A DNA stretch of 11,249 bases, taken from positions 1 to 11,249 of the forward strand of contig JBJCIZ010001059.1 of assembly GCA_051294375.1 (NCBI GenBank). Reading direction: 5' to 3'. The first letter of the stretch is position 1; every line of letters starts with the position of its first letter. Positions 8,484-11,249 of this stretch are shown piece after piece. The notes under the pieces were generated by a model. The model saw only the letters and a list, made by a program, of their open reading frames with translations, had not been told where the DNA came from and did no database searches. Position numbers and translations under genes: made by a program. Source of the stretch: Paraspadella gotoi (Eukaryota > Animalia > Chaetognatha).

Positions 8484-8960
8484 GTGAGTTGAGATAAATA
8501 ATGAAACGCCAAATAAAATTTATGTCGATTTATTGAGATTTTATTGGACGAATAAATACGAGATAACACGAAAAGTGGGATGTGCGACGAAGGCAAGCAG
8601 AGAGAGATGACGGAGGTCATGATTTGTACGCTTACTTTTTTTTCGCCTAGTAATTGTATTACCATGGTATAAAAAAGAAACAAAAAAAGAAGATTAATTT
8701 CCCGGTTTGACAATGATGAGGAATTCAATTCGCATTATTCCCTGACGTGCGAACATATCGCGTACAATTTCCCGCGACGATCGTACATTGTTTGACGTTG
8801 GTATGAATTTCCGATTTTCGCGCCTTGCCCTTGTCAACCACCCCCCCCATGCCCTCTGGCCTTCCTCCATTCCATGCCGCCATCCATGACTCTGCCCCGC
8901 TCCCCCCCACTGTAAAAAGGAGGAAAGGAAAATATTTTTTTTAAAAAATATATGATTTTA

Positions 8961-8964
<4 letters not shown>

Positions 8965-9027
<63 letters not shown>

Positions 9028-9044
9028 CTCTCTCTCTCTTCTCT
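8965..9044 (+). repeat. Near-perfect (CT)n microsatellite
   Basis: Directly visible, with two small interruptions. Confidence 0.95.
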
Positions 9045-9312
9045 GGCGGCGGCGGTTTGCTGCCAAGTTGATGGATAACGCAAAGAGGCCGCCCGCGCCT
9101 TCGAAAAAGCAGTATCCATAATCTTTACTTGCCTTTACTCGTTTGCTTTCCTTTACGCGCCTGTTCTTTCGGTGGGCGTGGCGAGGAATTTTGGCGCCGG
9201 CGCCGGGACAGAGTTCGTTCGTAAAAATATCAGAAATTATGAGCGACGCGTTAGTATATTGTTCGGTGCTGGAATGGATTTCGTGATGATAGAGAACTTA
9301 GAACTTACCAAC

Positions 9313-9313
9313 G

Positions 9314-9345
<32 letters not shown>

Positions 9346-9370
9346 AGAGAGAGAGAAGAGAGAGAGAGAT

Positions 9371-9405
<35 letters not shown>

Positions 9406-9424
9406 AAGGGAAAAGAAAAGAAAA
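9313..9424 (+). repeat. Imperfect (GA)n microsatellite with A-rich tail
   Basis: Directly visible. Confidence 0.93.
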
Positions 9425-10414
9425 GCTTTTTTTCCGCGTCGGTGATGAAAGCTATATTATCACATTTGCGTTCGTCATTAGATTCTCTGCGTCGTCAATC
9501 GTTTCGATACAATTGATTATCAATCAATGAAATTTTTTTGTCTTTTTTTTTTAATGTCAATATGTGAATTGAGAACGAGCGTCATTAGAGAAAAAAATGC
9601 AACCGAGAAAAAAACGCAAGGCTTGACTTGTCATTCGTTCGTCACCATGCTCAATCTATACAGATACCCATGCTTCTCGGAAAAGCGTTTCCCATGCCAC
9701 CCAAGTCCGGTTAAATGTGCAAATCTTGCCCACGAGGCGAAGCGAAGAAAGAAAGAAAAAAAGAAGGAGCAGAATTGGAATATCGAACGGAGAGGAGACT
9801 GGAGGAGAGAGACAGACTGACTTTTGCTTCGGAATTCCGGGAGAAATTTCTCTCTGAATTGTAAGACCCCCTTGATGAGACATGAATATGCGAACCAAGG
9901 ATAGGAATCAAGGTCGACTTCTTCCGGGCTGTAACAAACGCTACTAATAAAACTGAGAAACATTCAACCGGGACGGTGACTTTCAACCCACTCGTGAACT
10001 TTTACCCCCTCTTCTGTTCGTGGTCGTCGTGGGCAACCAATCAACTCCGGACCAGCCAACTGGCGCCGATCTGCTTAAGGTCTGCTCAGTCTGAGCTCAG
10101 TCTTCTTCTCTGGACATGATTGGTGCACGACACTGGTTGGTTAGCGAAGCCTATAGTATTCATTCTAAACCAACTATTCAAATTTTCTGCCAATCGCCTC
10201 AGGCAAACTCGATCTCGTACCCTTTCTCTTTCGCCGGTTTTCGAGTCATCCCCGGATATAAACTAAATTATTTTAATCGAGCCAGAGCCCCATTTTTCGC
10301 TCCCATACGTCGCCAGGAAACCTATATCCCTTTTCGCACTTGCCCCCCCCCCATTCTCCCAACTCTCCCAATCCCCCCCCTCTTCCATCGCGCCCAGTCG
10401 ACCACCTCCGCGGG

Positions 10415-10444
10415 TATGACGTCATAAAGCCTTCCTCCAATCAG
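10415..10444. promoter_or_regulatory. CRE palindrome (TATGACGTCATA) next to a CCAAT box (CCAATCAG)
   Basis: Exact TGACGTCA at 10417-10424 and CCAATCAG at 10437-10444. Motif match only. Confidence 0.3.
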
Positions 10445-10689
10445 CGAACGAGAAATTCACAATCAATTTATGCCCGAGTTTTTCTTCTTTTTTTTTCTTT
10501 CTTTCTTTAAAGGAGCTCACGCGCGTGTGAAAAATAGATCCCAGCTTAGGGGCAGTCGAGTCACACCTCCGAGTGGCCAAGCGTTGTGAAGATTTTCCCT
10601 CGGAAAGAAAAGAGGCGGGTGTTTGGTAGCGGTGGGAGTTGTTGAAAGGAAAGAAAAGAAGGTAAGGGCGTGATAGGTAAGGTAATGAG

Positions 10690-10761
10690 TAGAGAGGAGA
10701 TGAGAGAGAGAGAGAGAAGAGAAGAGAGACGAGAGAGAGAGAGAGAAGAGAAGAGAGAGAG
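10690..10761 (+). repeat. Imperfect (GA)n microsatellite
   Basis: Directly visible. Confidence 0.9.
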
Positions 10762-10942
10762 TGCAGCAGTGAATGTATATCAAGAAAATGATGGATCGCA
10801 AGCGATAAACAAGGGTAAATTTACTTTCACAAAAAAATGAAAACTGAAAACAAATTTTAACGAGCGGCCTATATTCTAGAGCATTAAGATTTCGACTGAT
10901 AGGAAATCGGAATAAAAAAAATTATTTTGCTCCTAACAAAAG

Positions 10943-11036
10943 CGACAACCTGCCTGGTGTGTTGCTGAGCAAGAACCGTGGTGGATTATTACGGCAGGCT
11001 CCGTTGGACCTGAATTTCGTCGAAGAGTTGTGGAAT
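10943..11036 (+). CDS. Candidate exon
   Basis: AG at 10941-10942 after attattttgctcctaac, a GC-richer stop-free 94 nt (DNLPGVLLSKNRGGLLRQAPLDLNFVEELWN in one of two open frames), and donor GTAAGG at 11037. The acceptor is weak. Confidence 0.25.
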
Positions 11037-11249
11037 GTAAGGATTGAAGTTGGGGTTAGAGTCACGGAAGTCGGAGCGAAGAAAAAAATCTGATATTTAG
11101 ATTTAATGGAGGGAGATTAGAGAGGAAGATGAGTAGAGGTAGAGGAAACAGAAATAAGCAGGAGGAAAAAAACTCGCCCCGGTTCATTTCATCCGAACGA
11201 TTCACAGAGAGAGACAGAAGAGAGAGAACGCGCTGAGAGATCTCTCTCT

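Noticed and set aside
9527-10801. Assorted 80-110-aa ORFs on both strands
   Set aside because: No recognisable domains, several overlap low-complexity runs, and lengths are consistent with chance.

Overview
This is eukaryotic genomic DNA, probably from an invertebrate animal (AT-rich, microsatellite-dense, no obvious CpG depletion). Bases 1-~4071 hold the 5' part of a minus-strand non-LTR retrotransposon (LINE, I/Jockey group). It has a ~70-nt 5' UTR, an ORF1 gag-like protein with three CCHC zinc knuckles, and an ORF2 with AP endonuclease and reverse transcriptase domains that runs off the window edge. ORF1 probably starts at 3998, not 3370, because its N-terminal ~630 bp is broken by many 1-2-bp indels. 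The ORF2 stop at 16-18 also looks like a 1-bp frameshift. Bases ~4100-11249 are mostly non-coding: (CT)n/(GA)n tracts of alternating polarity, a (CACT)n tract, a C-rich ~23-bp minisatellite, and several short GC-richer islands with splice signals that may be plus-strand exons of an unidentified host gene. Most ORF-track calls beyond 3960 are low-complexity or chance ORFs. I see no convincing new biological system. The best leads are the hidden ORF1 N-terminus, the structured LINE 5' UTR, non-canonical motif residues in ORF2, the paired inverted CT/GA tracts and a degenerate hammerhead-like motif.
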